From the NCBI RefSeq assembly GCF_053078305.1, contig NZ_CP166879.1: a stretch of DNA of 64,000 nt. One strand, given 5' to 3'. Of the stretch, positions 1 through 11,358 are shown piece by piece (position 1 is the first letter of the stretch; each line of letters opens with the position of its first letter). The notes under the pieces are model-generated. The model was given only the letters and a program-made list of their open reading frames with translations, did no database searches and had not been told where the DNA came from. The translations under genes were made by a program, and so were the position numbers.

Positions 1-59
1 ACAACATCGATTCTGTCTGACAGCGGACCAATATGTAGCAAGCAGAAACTTCTGACATC

Positions 60-1658
60 ATGGTAACTCGGACAATGCAACAAAAGTATCAGTATGATCG
101 TGTTTTATCCGGCGAACTCCACCCATTCCCTGGCATATACGAGGCGGTTTCCGAACAAATCCTTTTGCTCATTTTTAAAGCACGTCAACTATATCAGGAT
201 CCAGAATATCGCCCCTGGTTTGAAGAACAGCACAGAGTACTCTCTGCATTACGTGCCAATACAGAGCTCCTGAGAATCTTTAGAGAACAAAGAAGCGCTG
301 AAGAACCAAAGCTTACTATTGAAGAGTCTACCTCCCCCCAACCCACTCCTTCTGCTCTTACAGATGCGCTTAATGTGATGTGCCATTTATACAATGGTTT
401 TGATGAAGGAAATATCAGTCTGAAAACCTGGGGGGCGATGCAAGAGGTACAGACAACATCAACCTTTATCAGCCCAGGACCGAGAACCTGGAAAACACCT
501 GAACTGGCAAAGTTTGTAGGAGATGATTTATTTAATATTCTGACTGAATGTAAGGCCTGGAGTTCACCAATTCCAGCAGAAACCCGACAGGGGTATTGCC
601 ATCAGGATCTGTCTGTTGCACACTCCTGCACCTCAGAGTTACTGGCACACCTGAATCAATATCATGAAATTGATGAATCAGCAATACTTGCCAGAGTTAT
701 TGGTATAACAGTTAACGGATTCTACAAGAAAAATAATACAGACCTTCCAGAATGGCTATCCCCCTTTAAAGAGGAACATAAAATATTCAGAGATTGTCCG
801 GAGCAAAATACCGGGGATGTAATCAGACGGAAAGAACAACTGTTGAAAACAGGACGTACAGAATTCGTGAATAATTTGTGTCGGGTCGCCAACTGGTATG
901 AAATTGAGTCAATATACGATGAATACGTCCGTCTTTATGCCAATGAAATCATTGACTGGTTCAACAAAACCATGAAGTATTTTAAACCAACAGATTTTAT
1001 CCGATATACATGGAAATTCGCAACAGTTACTCCGGATAAAGATACAGAAACCGGGCATACAACTGCATGGGAAAAGGATTATTGCCAGATAACCATACAA
1101 CGTGATGAACTTCTGAGGTTGATTCACACCAATACCCTTCAGGATGCAGTAATTTATCTTTGTCATTGTCTGCAGAAGGAATACAAGAAATCATCCCAAA
1201 ATGAGATAGAGTTCCCAGGAATAAAACCTCCGACATCAGAGAGTAAAATTAATATAACAAATAATATTAAATTTCATTCTCTCCTGGAGCTCAGTAAAGA
1301 TAATGAGAAGCGTCTGGAAACATTTCAAAAATGGTATGAAAAAAATAAAGTTTTGTTAGAAAGTCATAAACAAAAACGAACAGAGAAGATTGACGTTGCC
1401 GTACGACTTGTAGGGCTGAAAGCCTATGATCTGCATGAAGGGATTCCGGATAGTCCAAAACGAAAAGTTAAAGATGGCATAAATGAAGACATCAAAGCCG
1501 ATACCAGTTTACGCCTGTCAAAGACAAATATAAGTGATACGTCGCTAAACCGTTATCGCCGCACTGTTAAGGAGATTATCAATAACGAAATTGACGCATT
1601 CCTGTTGGAACAGAAGAAAAAAATAAAAGATTTCCCTACAGTGAAGATAGAGATGTGA
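60..1658 (+). CDS. hypothetical protein (532 aa), AT-rich, no recognisable motif
   Basis: Long uninterrupted ORF with low-GC codon usage typical of horizontally acquired DNA; no motif recognised by eye. Confidence 0.5.
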   Translation: MVTRTMQQKYQYDRVLSGELHPFPGIYEAVSEQILLLIFKARQLYQDPEYRPWFEEQHRVLSALRANTELLRIFREQRSAEEPKLTIEESTSPQPTPSALTDALNVMCHLYNGFDEGNISLKTWGAMQEVQTTSTFISPGPRTWKTPELAKFVGDDLFNILTECKAWSSPIPAETRQGYCHQDLSVAHSCTSELLAHLNQYHEIDESAILARVIGITVNGFYKKNNTDLPEWLSPFKEEHKIFRDCPEQNTGDVIRRKEQLLKTGRTEFVNNLCRVANWYEIESIYDEYVRLYANEIIDWFNKTMKYFKPTDFIRYTWKFATVTPDKDTETGHTTAWEKDYCQITIQRDELLRLIHTNTLQDAVIYLCHCLQKEYKKSSQNEIEFPGIKPPTSESKINITNNIKFHSLLELSKDNEKRLETFQKWYEKNKVLLESHKQKRTEKIDVAVRLVGLKAYDLHEGIPDSPKRKVKDGINEDIKADTSLRLSKTNISDTSLNRYRRTVKEIINNEIDAFLLEQKKKIKDFPTVKIEM

Positions 1659-1782
1659 TTCGACCTTTATGGGGAAAATGCCTGACCGGGCAGTAGATCA
1701 CAGATGGGATAACATCCCGGTTATCCCCTGTTTGTTCTGCTTCAGGTTGCCAGAGCTCCAGGAACACGCGGCAATCGGCAAA

Positions 1783-2379
1783 TTATGCGGCTTTTCCATT
1801 AACAGATTCGGCCACAAGAACAACACCGTGTTTGTTTCGATCAGGATGTTCACTCCAGATTTCTGATTCAGGAATACTTTCCCCATCATAGCAGATCCGA
1901 TCACCATCAAACGGATAATACCGTGCGGAATCTGTATCTAAGATAAACACCTTAAGATTCGTTGAACGACGCGCTATATGCTGCCAGAGGGCTTTACCTC
2001 CTTCATATTGCTCGTTATCACTTAATAGTATAACGCCTGCTTTTGTGGCTATTGTTTCATAAACAAACGTAGCAAGGCTAACATCACGTACAGCGCCATC
2101 GACAACAATCCCTTCAATCTGAGCAACGTCCTGTTCTTCCCAGAATTTCCGGACAAACACCCCTTCAAGCTGTGAACGACGCTGAAGCTCCAGAGTGGCA
2201 ACAACCTTATGGCGAATATCACCATCAATAACAGAAGGTGCAGCTTCGATTACCGCAGCGAACGGAGTCTTTGGATCCCAGATGATCTGGTAAAGCACAC
2301 CCTGAATAGTTACTCCATCCAGTATCGAAAAACGACGAGCTACAGTAGCAGGGGAGTAAGACATTGGAATGACAGCCAT
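1783..2379 (-). CDS. hypothetical protein (198 aa)
   Basis: ORF convergent with the preceding gene; no recognisable motif. Confidence 0.4.
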   Translation of the reverse strand: MAVIPMSYSPATVARRFSILDGVTIQGVLYQIIWDPKTPFAAVIEAAPSVIDGDIRHKVVATLELQRRSQLEGVFVRKFWEEQDVAQIEGIVVDGAVRDVSLATFVYETIATKAGVILLSDNEQYEGGKALWQHIARRSTNLKVFILDTDSARYYPFDGDRICYDGESIPESEIWSEHPDRNKHGVVLVAESVNGKAA

Positions 2380-3526
2380 TTTATGACCTAAAATTTGAAA
2401 ACATCAGTATCAATACTGACCTCATCAGTCTGAGCATATATTGATAAAGTTTTTATGTTTACACTCAATAAATACCTTGCCAAACAACTAATAGCGATGT
2501 CTACATTGCCATTCGACATGCTTACAATTTTTGTCAACAAGAAAGTGAATTTATATCAACGGTAAGAAGTAAACACGAGGACACCAAAACCAAATGTACA
2601 CACTTTTGTGCTTTGTGTCCCCTGTGTGTACCCAAATGACAAACTGCAAGAAAATCTAGGCACACACTTATCTAACTTATTGATTTAAATGGTGCGATAA
2701 TAGGAATAAAACAAAAGATAAAAATCAATTGATATTTAACAATTTTTTATTGTTGTGTTTTCAATGATACCCCCAAAAGTACCCCCAAATAATTTTATTC
2801 CCTGTCAAAAACTGATAAATGCTCTCAGATATGAGCATTCCTATAGAGGGTTATATCCAGCAAAAAACATGATCCAGTAAAACATCTCGTCGACCAGTTG
2901 CATGGCACGCTCTGTTTTATCCGGGTGCACGGCGTGATTCTGCCCATGCATTACAATCGCCCTGAAGACTTCACATGTATTACTCACTAATTGTGTATCT
3001 TCTTGTGACGTTGGAGTCAACCGTAGTGTTATCGCGCTACGTTTTTTGGCTCCAGCTATAGTACTGCACTTTTTGAGTAGTGACCTACATTTTTCATGCC
3101 GTGTTCCCCTATCCCCGCCCTCTCATCCGCACATCGAATTTCAAGCCTCCTGCAAACCTGCATGACGCTTTCTGGAATATTGCGCCAGCGTTCAATTTAT
3201 CCCCGTTTCTGCGGATGTCTGACCGTGAGCGGCGGTGACTGGTTAACGACGTTATGCAGATACACCTGCACTTAAAAGATAACCGTAGGGATGTGACGAA
3301 ACTTTTGTAGGCTCAGTTTCGGGAGGGGGAACAATAGTCATTATGACCATTCAACCACCAACCAATATCCATGATTCTCTCCCGAATTAGTGATACACCT
3401 TTACCCCTGAGCTCTTCTCAAACAAAGGCTTTATGAAATGTATTTACAAACATCCGGACAGGGGACTGATACACTTTCATTTGCCCCCTCCCCGGCCGAC
3501 TCTTCCTTCTTACAGATTCTGAATAA

Positions 3527-4927
3527 TTATTGTTCGAACTTCGGAGCAATCAGATTATCAAGATTGAATGTCTTCTCCCATTCTTCCTGTGTGAGTAGCT
3601 TACGTTCGACAACCACTATCTGATGGAGGGATTTACCTGTATGGTATGCTTCGTGCGCCATTTCAGAACACACCTTATATCCCAGATGTGGCTTCAGGAG
3701 AGTCACAATACCGCAGGAATGCATTACCATCTCTGCAGTTCGATCGGAATTGGCTGTAATGCCATCAATGCATTTAGTACGGAGTGTGTTGCAGGCATTC
3801 GTCATCACCTTGAGTGAGGTGAACAGCGCAAAAGTGATAACCGGCTCCATAACGTTAAGCTCAAGCTGACCTGCGGATGCCGCCAGCATCACTGTGGTGT
3901 CCAGCCCCTGAACCAGGAAGCAAGACTGGTTTGTTACTTCCGGGATAACAGGGTTAACCTTACCAGGCATAATGGAAGAACCCGGTTGTAACTGAGGCAG
4001 GTTAATTTCAGCCAGTCCGCAACGGGGACCTGAAGCAAGCAACCGAATGTCATTACAAACCTTGGTAAGCTTCACAGAGAGGCTCTTCATGGCCGAACTA
4101 AGTGCAACGTATGCACCACAGTCGCTTGTGGCAGCGATGAGATCTTCACTGTTCCTGAAATTAATACCTGTGAACTGGGCCAGGTATTTCACGGCTAAAG
4201 CGGGATAATCCGGGTGAGCAGTAACACAGGTACCAATCGCAGTAGCACCAAGGTTTACAACCCGCAGGTGTTCCTGCGCATTGCGGATGACCCGAATTTC
4301 ATCATTAATTGTAAAACCCCAGCCATGAAACTCCTGACCGAGGGTCATTGGCACTGCATCCTGCAGATGAGTGCGTCCCATCTTGAGTACTCTGCTGAAT
4401 TCGTCAGCCTTTTTGTAGAATGCCCCAACAAGGTGTTCAACAGCCTCAAGCAATACATTGCTTCGCAGCAGCAATGCCAGATGTAATGCTGTCGGATATG
4501 TATCATTGGTGGACTGACCAAAATTAGCATGGTCGTTTGGCGAAACGCGTTTGTAATCCCCTTTAACGCTACCAAGTTTTTCTGCAGCAAGATTACAAAT
4601 CACTTCATTGCAGTTCATATTGGTTGACGTTCCGGCTCCTCCCTGAAGCCAGTCGGTCACAAACTGTTCCCGGTACTTACCATCAATTAATTGGTCGCAA
4701 GCCCAGATTAAAGCATCCGCAACATCAGCAGGAATTGTACCTAACTCCTTATTAGCCATCGCAGCTGCTTTTTTCACATAACCGAAGGCAATGATGAAGA
4801 AGGGCTCCTGACTCATTGGCATTTCAGTAATATGGAAATTATCCTCACCACGAAGTGTCTGAACACCATAATAGCAATCATCCGGAACTTCACGCTCACC
4901 AAGGAAATCACTTTCAGTACGAGACAT
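3527..4927 (-). CDS. aspartate ammonia-lyase (aspartase) paralog, fumarate-lyase superfamily
   Basis: 466 aa; GSSIMPGKVNPV signature of the fumarate lyase family; colinear with E. coli AspA along its length (LGxREVP...TNDTYPTA...GSSIMP.KVNP) as recalled from memory. Confidence 0.85.
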   Translation of the reverse strand: MSRTESDFLGEREVPDDCYYGVQTLRGEDNFHITEMPMSQEPFFIIAFGYVKKAAAMANKELGTIPADVADALIWACDQLIDGKYREQFVTDWLQGGAGTSTNMNCNEVICNLAAEKLGSVKGDYKRVSPNDHANFGQSTNDTYPTALHLALLLRSNVLLEAVEHLVGAFYKKADEFSRVLKMGRTHLQDAVPMTLGQEFHGWGFTINDEIRVIRNAQEHLRVVNLGATAIGTCVTAHPDYPALAVKYLAQFTGINFRNSEDLIAATSDCGAYVALSSAMKSLSVKLTKVCNDIRLLASGPRCGLAEINLPQLQPGSSIMPGKVNPVIPEVTNQSCFLVQGLDTTVMLAASAGQLELNVMEPVITFALFTSLKVMTNACNTLRTKCIDGITANSDRTAEMVMHSCGIVTLLKPHLGYKVCSEMAHEAYHTGKSLHQIVVVERKLLTQEEWEKTFNLDNLIAPKFEQ

Positions 4928-5163
4928 AATTTTCTAACTCCATTTTTCAAAAACAACGATTATAATTATGAATTGTTTAACCGGAACTATGCTCTCGGAA
5001 TTTGAACTCTCAACTTCATTGAATAAGAACCTCGATAACATGTGATTTCAATCTGTCAGAATTCTTCTGACAGTCAGTAACTGAATGCAAATTAACTGCC
5101 TGACTAATTATCAAATAGTAACTCTGTAACTACTTCCATAAAGAATGAAAAATTATGATTCTG

Positions 5164-6462
5164 TCAGACCACCATTGGTGCAATCACAAACCCAAATGTC
5201 ACTCCTGCAATAACACCTCCCAACCCGGGTAGCATAAATGGGTGATTTAATACATATTTGCCCACACGGGTTGTACCGGTAGTATCAAATTCCATCGCGG
5301 CCAGTGATGTTGGATACGTTGGAAGCACGAATACTCCCGTAACGGCAACATAAGATGCAAGAATTGCCCAGGTGGGTACATCAAGCGCCACAGCAAGCGG
5401 AATAATTAACGGCGTGGTCGCGCCTTGCGAGTAGAGCAGAGCACAAGTGCCAAAAAGAACCAGCGCCAACAACATCGGATAGGCCTGCAAAATATCGCCA
5501 GCAGTATCCTTAATCTCGGTTAAATGCGCATCAATAAAAGTAGTGCCTAAGGTTACAATGCCGAGAATCACCGCCAGCGAGCTCATCCCCGCACGAAATG
5601 TGGAGGTGAGAATAATGGCATCGGTAGCCGTCTTGCACAGCACCACCATCAGGCAGGCGGCAGAGAGCATACAGATAATAATAATATCGCGTGTTTCCAT
5701 CGGTTTGCCGATATCAAACCCCGGACGCAGTTGAGGGAAAGCGGCAAGAATAACAATGGCGACCGTCGCCAGCAGGAACAATCCTACGGAAAGCGTCGCA
5801 CCAGGTTTGATGCTGCTATTATTCTCGTATTTATGCACCAGTCCTTTTTGCAGACGCTCAAGATAGACCTCGTCATCCTGCAACTCACATCCTTGTCGGG
5901 AAGCAATAAAAGCGGCGACCATCGCGGCGGCAAAAGAGGTAGGAAGACATACCGACATCACCTCAATAAAACTGACGCCGTTAACCTCCATAATAGTGAG
6001 CATAGCAGCCATTGCGGCGCTGATCGGCGAACCAGAAATCGCTACCTGCGAAGCAACGACCGAACCGGCGAGCGTGCGGGAAGGACGAATACCTGACTCT
6101 TTCGCAACTTCAGCAATCACCGGCAGTGTGGAAAAAACAATAAATCCGGTACCGGCCATAATAGTCATTGACCAGGTAATAATCGGCGCGATGATGTTGA
6201 TATATTTCGGGTTACGACGCATAAAATTACCGGCGACGCGTACCAGATAATCCATTCCGCCTGCGGCCTGTAATGCTGAAGCCGCCACAACAACAGTCAT
6301 AATAATCAGGATCACGTCTACTGGCGGTGACCCCATAGGCAGACCAAATCCCAGAGTCAGGATAGCGAGTCCAAGCCCGCCACATAAACCAATACCGATC
6401 CCTCCCTGGCGAATACCAAAAAATATTGCGCCAAGTACTACGATAATTTCCAGCCAAACCAT
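5164..6462 (-). CDS. anaerobic C4-dicarboxylate transporter, DcuA/DcuB family
   Basis: 432 aa polytopic membrane protein; N-terminus MVWLEIIVVLGAIFFGIRQGGIGIGL resembles the DcuA N-terminus. Confidence 0.85.
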   Translation of the reverse strand: MVWLEIIVVLGAIFFGIRQGGIGIGLCGGLGLAILTLGFGLPMGSPPVDVILIIMTVVVAASALQAAGGMDYLVRVAGNFMRRNPKYINIIAPIITWSMTIMAGTGFIVFSTLPVIAEVAKESGIRPSRTLAGSVVASQVAISGSPISAAMAAMLTIMEVNGVSFIEVMSVCLPTSFAAAMVAAFIASRQGCELQDDEVYLERLQKGLVHKYENNSSIKPGATLSVGLFLLATVAIVILAAFPQLRPGFDIGKPMETRDIIIICMLSAACLMVVLCKTATDAIILTSTFRAGMSSLAVILGIVTLGTTFIDAHLTEIKDTAGDILQAYPMLLALVLFGTCALLYSQGATTPLIIPLAVALDVPTWAILASYVAVTGVFVLPTYPTSLAAMEFDTTGTTRVGKYVLNHPFMLPGLGGVIAGVTFGFVIAPMVV

Positions 6463-6528
6463 GATGTTCTCCGTTATAAATATAATTTTTTCTAAAAGTG
6501 AATGACTTTCTGGCTGCGATTAAAATGA

Positions 6529-7248
6529 TTATTGGGTTAGAATATGCTGTTTTCCGACACGATTTTCATACCATTTTATTCCGGCGCGAACGAGTGAAGC
6601 AGTTGAGTCAATATAATGAGAAGGCTGTGCTTTAACAGCTTCTGCCAGAATAACCGGAATTTCCGTACAACCAAGAACAAGAACTTCAGCGCCGCGAGAA
6701 AATAGTATTTCAGCCTGCTCGCTCATCAACTGTTGTGCATGCGTCATATCGCCAGCTTTCAAAGAATAAATACTTTCCATTACTTTTTTCTGACTGTCTG
6801 CATCGGGGCGGATACAGGTAAGTCCCAGCGACTCAATTCCTTTTTGGTATAATCCCATATACAGCGTAGCATTGGTGGCTAACAGGCCAATGCGGGTTTT
6901 ACCACAGTCGCGAACTTCATTGATCGTTGTCTCTACGATACTTAATATATCAATATGACAAGCATCTTTTAATTCTTTGAACCAGTAATGTGCGGTATTA
7001 CAGGGAATAACAATACATTCCGCCCCGGCATCTTCCAGTTTATGCATATAGTCACGCATAACAGGTAACGGCGAGCGCCCATGATGCATTAATGCATCGG
7101 TACGGTCAGGAATATTCGGAATAGAAGAAATAATTAATGGAATATGTTCCTGATCACGTTGTGCGGTGGTAAACGTCACAAATTTATTAAACAGATCGAC
7201 GGTAGCCGCCGGCCCCATTCCGCCGAGCACACCGATTAAACCTTTCAT
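6529..7248 (-). CDS. aspartate/glutamate-family amino-acid racemase
   Basis: 239 aa; GVLGGMGPAAT N-terminal motif and CNTAHY / LGCTE catalytic cysteine motifs typical of Asp/Glu racemases. Confidence 0.8.
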   Translation of the reverse strand: MKGLIGVLGGMGPAATVDLFNKFVTFTTAQRDQEHIPLIISSIPNIPDRTDALMHHGRSPLPVMRDYMHKLEDAGAECIVIPCNTAHYWFKELKDACHIDILSIVETTINEVRDCGKTRIGLLATNATLYMGLYQKGIESLGLTCIRPDADSQKKVMESIYSLKAGDMTHAQQLMSEQAEILFSRGAEVLVLGCTEIPVILAEAVKAQPSHYIDSTASLVRAGIKWYENRVGKQHILTQ

Positions 7249-7601
7249 AATCTTTACCTCTCAGAACCTCAATAATAAATCTTAAATAACTACATCTCAT
7301 TTTTTAACAGTCTCCAATGGTTATGAGAAATGCAATGTTGTACAATGTAATGCAAGACTTGCATACTGTGGCTTTGTAATATATGAGCAATTTAGCATTG
7401 TGGCGTGAATACCTTTCATAATGATGAAAACAAACGCTTTTTGACGAGGTGTTAAACTTGTTTCGATACAAAAAATGAATGAATCATGCATAAAACGAAT
7501 AAGAAAATTTCAAATATGTTATCTGTAAACATTACTTTGATTTTCGGGGAAGTATCTTAACTAAGATTTGATAATAGTGGGATAATAGTGGGATTATAGA
7601 A

Positions 7602-8507
7602 ATGAAAAATATAGAGACAAAATGGTTATATGATTTTCTGGCGCTGGAAGCCTGTCGCAGTTTTTGTCAGGCAGCAAAAGAACGTAACCTTTCACAACCA
7701 GCATTCAGCAGAAGAATAAAGGCGTTAGAGTCAGCGATTGGTGTTGTTTTGTTCGATCGTACAACCTCACCTGTACAATTAACTGAAGAGGGTAGGCTTT
7801 TTCACTCCCAGACACGCAGTTTAGTGCAGCAGCTTGAATGCAATCTGAATGAATTAGGGGGGCTAAATTCATTCAATTTGCCCAATATTAAGATTGCAGC
7901 TGCTCACTCATTATCCCTCAGCATATTACCTAAACTGGTGTACTCACTCACTACCTTTGGCGGAGATTTTATCTATCATGTTGAGGCTATTGATGTTGTC
8001 CAAGCCGTAAATACATTACGAGAAGGGAAGAGTGACTTTGTTATTTCATTTCGAGATGAGGAGTTTATGCAATCGCCATTTTGCTACCTGAAACTGTTTG
8101 AGTCTGAGCTATATCCGGTATGTGCTGCTGATCAGCGGGGAAAACCAATTTTTGATATTACCCATTCACAGACCCCTTTGCTCAACTATACTCCAACTTC
8201 TTATATGGGCAGACTGGTTAATCATCATTTAGCAGAGTTAGGAGGGATATCCGGACACACAATTTTTGTATCTTCAATGAGTGAACTACTAAAAAATATG
8301 GCGCTCAATGGACTTGGTATTGCCTGGCTTCCACTCTGGTCAATTGCTGATGAGCTGAAGACCAAACGTCTTGTATGCCCGGGTTCAACTAAATGGACCG
8401 TGCCTATTCAGGCTTATATTTATCGTATGGATACTCGGCTGAATAAAACAGCTGAACACTTTTGGACGATTTTACGAAATAACATTGAAAAACTCAATGG
8501 TGAATAA
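7602..8507 (+). CDS. LysR-family transcriptional regulator
   Basis: 301 aa; N-terminal HTH (FCQAAKERNLSQPAFSRRIKALE); divergent from the racemase operon. Confidence 0.8.
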   Translation: MKNIETKWLYDFLALEACRSFCQAAKERNLSQPAFSRRIKALESAIGVVLFDRTTSPVQLTEEGRLFHSQTRSLVQQLECNLNELGGLNSFNLPNIKIAAAHSLSLSILPKLVYSLTTFGGDFIYHVEAIDVVQAVNTLREGKSDFVISFRDEEFMQSPFCYLKLFESELYPVCAADQRGKPIFDITHSQTPLLNYTPTSYMGRLVNHHLAELGGISGHTIFVSSMSELLKNMALNGLGIAWLPLWSIADELKTKRLVCPGSTKWTVPIQAYIYRMDTRLNKTAEHFWTILRNNIEKLNGE

Positions 8508-8574
8508 CTAGAAACATCGGGGACAGTTTTCTTCAGGAAGGAGAATCTCAAGAAAGCTTGATATCAGTGATATA

Positions 8575-8790
8575 TTACGTTAACGGAGCGCCGTATTGAC
8601 GCTTATTTATTGGTGAGAACTACGTTCCATAGCAGGAGTTCATCAACACGGTTGAAAGGCCATTCCTGCAGTACGCTCAGGATATGGCGCAGATCCGCCT
8701 CCGGATTGCTGATCAGCCCGTACAGTAGCGCACCACGCTCTCCACCGTGATCGTTGTCGAAGAACATGTAGATGATATGACCTTTATATA
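8575..8790 (-). mobile_element. IS66-family remnant (3' end of transposase gene plus right end)
   Basis: About 200 bp nearly identical to 52240-52440, the 3' end of the intact IS66-family element in this window. Confidence 0.6.
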
Positions 8791-8830
8791 CTCACTATAG
8801 CATTGGTGGGATATTCCAGAGGAGGTCATC

Positions 8831-9607
8831 ATGCATTCGGAAAATATTGCGGCTTACGTCGGGCTGGATGTGCATAAAGAAACGTTGGAGGTTGCTATTG
8901 CTGCACCTGAACGGCTTGGCGAAGTTCATTATTATGGTACGATTAACAACGAAGCCCAGGCTGTACGTCGATTATTTCAGAAATTGCAGGGACTTTACGG
9001 AAACATTCTTTCCTGCTATGAGGCTGGCCCCTGTGGTTTTGGGCTGTATCATCAACTCACAGCGATGAATATAAAATGCCAGGTTATTGCCCCTTCCCGG
9101 ATACCAAAATCACCGACAGACAGAATCAAAAATGATCATCGGGACGCAATTTCTCTCGCCAGGTTACTGCGGGCTGGAGAACTTACCCCTGCCTGGATCC
9201 CTGACCTGACTCATGAAGCTATGCGGGATCTAATCAGAGCCCGTGCAGCAGCTAAACGAGACAGCAGAGTTGCCCGACAGCGAATTCTGAGCATGCTATT
9301 GCGAACAGACAAACATTATGCAGGAAAGCACTGGACAGGAAAACACCGAACCTGGTTAGCTAATCAATCATTTAGTCAGCCATCTCAACAGATTGCTTTT
9401 CAGCACTATTGTCAGAGTCTGGAGCAGATTGAAGATCGCATACAGAAAATTAATGGTCATACGGCTGTTATCACATTTGATCCCGATATTGAGATGTTTC
9501 GCAGTGAGTTTACAGGCCTGAATGGCGGAGCTGATTTTTACGCGCACAGCGTAGAGGAGTTTAAGCGCAAAGGGATTAAGTCACTTGAAATTGAACCGGC
9601 CCCTTGA
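8831..9607 (+). pseudogene. IS110-family transposase, C-terminally truncated
   Basis: 258 aa N-terminal part of an IS110/IS1111-type transposase (YVGLDVHKETLEV...); the ORF ends exactly where the IS2-like element begins; strong RBS gaggagg. Confidence 0.7.
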
Positions 9608-9685
9608 AACGCCAGACAGTGGATGTATCTTAAAATAAGAGATAGGCTTGGATATATGTCTAACACTAGTGCTAATTTTGAGATG

Positions 9686-9960
9686 ACTGGAATTTTGCTG
9701 GGGCAGGAGCTTCGTAAACGTAAAACTCCTCAGGAAAAAATCGCCATTATTCAGCAGACAATGGAACCCGGTATGACGGTGTCCCATGTGGCGCGTTTGC
9801 ATGGTATTCAGCCCAGCCTGTTGTTTAAGTGGAAAAAACAATATCTGGAAGGAAGTCTCACTGCTGTTGCTGCCGGAGAGGATGTCGTTCCTGCCTCAGA
9901 ACTGGCTGCCGCTATAAAACAAATAAAAGAGTTACAGCGCTTGCTGGGTAAGAAATCTAT
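9686..9960 (+). pseudogene. IS2-like OrfA (InsC-like), N-terminal portion disrupted by insertion
   Basis: Matches IS2 InsC as recalled (QEKIAIIQQ...PGMTVS...[13 protein letters not shown]), diverges after LLGKK; the C-terminal remainder [25 protein letters not shown] resumes at 11308. Confidence 0.7.
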
Positions 9961-11307
9961 GGTCCCCACCATTTTTGCAACACTGATTTTGATTGATGTT
10001 GGCTTGCCTAAATCTATCCGGCGTCATTATGGGCATGGATGCCCGCGCCTCGATGAGTTCCGCACCTGATGAGCCCAAAAAACCATCCGGCTTCAGTGAG
10101 CCATTTTCTTGCTGAGGCTTTTCATCAGGCCGATATGCCGTTCATGTCATCAATAATCAGTCTTCGCAAAACCAGATTGGGAACTACTTTAATTCATGAT
10201 TAACCTGCCAGCCAGACTGGCGCCATCGTTACCTTTCGAACACAGTCTGCTGTGTTGTGATTGCCCACGCTATCCGGGCTAATTTGTTGGCCAGTGCGCA
10301 ACATACTACGCTGGAGTGTTTTCTTGCCAACAACGCCCTGACCCAATCCGCCAACCTTCCTGACTGATTCTCGATTCTCTGAATAAAGGATCTTGCGCAC
10401 TGAACGAGTAACCGTCGCAGATTTTTATCTCCACGTTTACTTATCCCTAAAAGTGTATTTTTACCACCTGTGCTGTACTGCCGGGGTACCAGACCGGTTG
10501 AAGCAGCAAAGTCCCGACTGCAGCTATATTGTTTACCGTCTCCCAGCTGCGATGACAGTACGCTGGCGGTTATCGGACCAATACCGGGTATTGTCTGAAG
10601 ACGTTGTCCTACCTCATCACGACTCAGTTCCTGCTCCAGTGCGATTTCAAGCTCGGTGATCTGTCCGACAAGATAAATATAATGGGCATGTAAGCGCATC
10701 AGTAACTGCGCCAGATAGGGAGGAAGTTCGTTCTCTGCAAGTACTGTTGAAAGTCGTTTTACCACTGCGACTCCTGTCGGCATACTGATGCCAAATTCCA
10801 GCAAAAAAGCATGCATCTGATTGGTCGTTTTGACTTTATCACTGACCAATGATTCCCTGGCCCGGTGAAGCGCCCGCATGGCCTGCTGAGCTTCTGTTCG
10901 TGGTTGCACAAATCGCATGGAGGGACGAGATGCCGCTTCGCATATGGCTTCTGCATCGACAAAATCGTTCTTGTTGCTCTTAACAAAAGGGCGAACGAAC
11001 TGCGGAGAAATCAATTTTGCTTCATGACCTAAATCAGCAATCCGGCGAGCCATAAAATGAGCTCCGGCGCAGGCTTCCATCACAACGGTAGACGAGGCAC
11101 AGCCTGCCAGAAACTCAATAAGTTTGGTACGGGTAAACTTTTTACGCAGCAATACCTTGCCTGACTTATCTTGGCAGTGAATGTGAAAGGAATGCTTGCC
11201 AAGATCTATACCAATAAGCGTAATGTTTTGCATGATGGTCTTCTCCATGAAAGAAAAACACTCTACTAGGGTACAGCTCACAGGGTGGTGGGGACCATCT
11301 CATTAAC
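9961..11307 (-). mobile_element. intact IS110-family element nested in IS2-like orfA
   Basis: About 1.35 kb insert; ggtccccacc at the left end (9961-9970) and its reverse complement ggtggggacc near the right end (11286-11295); contains a 350 aa transposase. Confidence 0.75.
10229..11281 (-). CDS. IS110-family transposase
   Basis: 350 aa; N-terminal DEDD-type domain ([13 protein letters not shown]) and C-terminal transposase_20-like region ([12 protein letters not shown]...NKLARIAW). Confidence 0.85.
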   Translation of the reverse strand: MSCTLVECFSFMEKTIMQNITLIGIDLGKHSFHIHCQDKSGKVLLRKKFTRTKLIEFLAGCASSTVVMEACAGAHFMARRIADLGHEAKLISPQFVRPFVKSNKNDFVDAEAICEAASRPSMRFVQPRTEAQQAMRALHRARESLVSDKVKTTNQMHAFLLEFGISMPTGVAVVKRLSTVLAENELPPYLAQLLMRLHAHYIYLVGQITELEIALEQELSRDEVGQRLQTIPGIGPITASVLSSQLGDGKQYSCSRDFAASTGLVPRQYSTGGKNTLLGISKRGDKNLRRLLVQCARSFIQRIENQSGRLADWVRALLARKHSSVVCCALANKLARIAWAITTQQTVFER

Positions 11308-11358
11308 CATGGAAGTTGAGATCCTCAAAGAAGCGGTGGAGTATGGTCAGTCGCGAAA

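Noticed and set aside
5543-6457. Plus- and minus-strand short ORFs overlapping the DcuA-like gene
   Set aside because: Embedded within a well-supported membrane transporter gene; no RBS or conservation signal.
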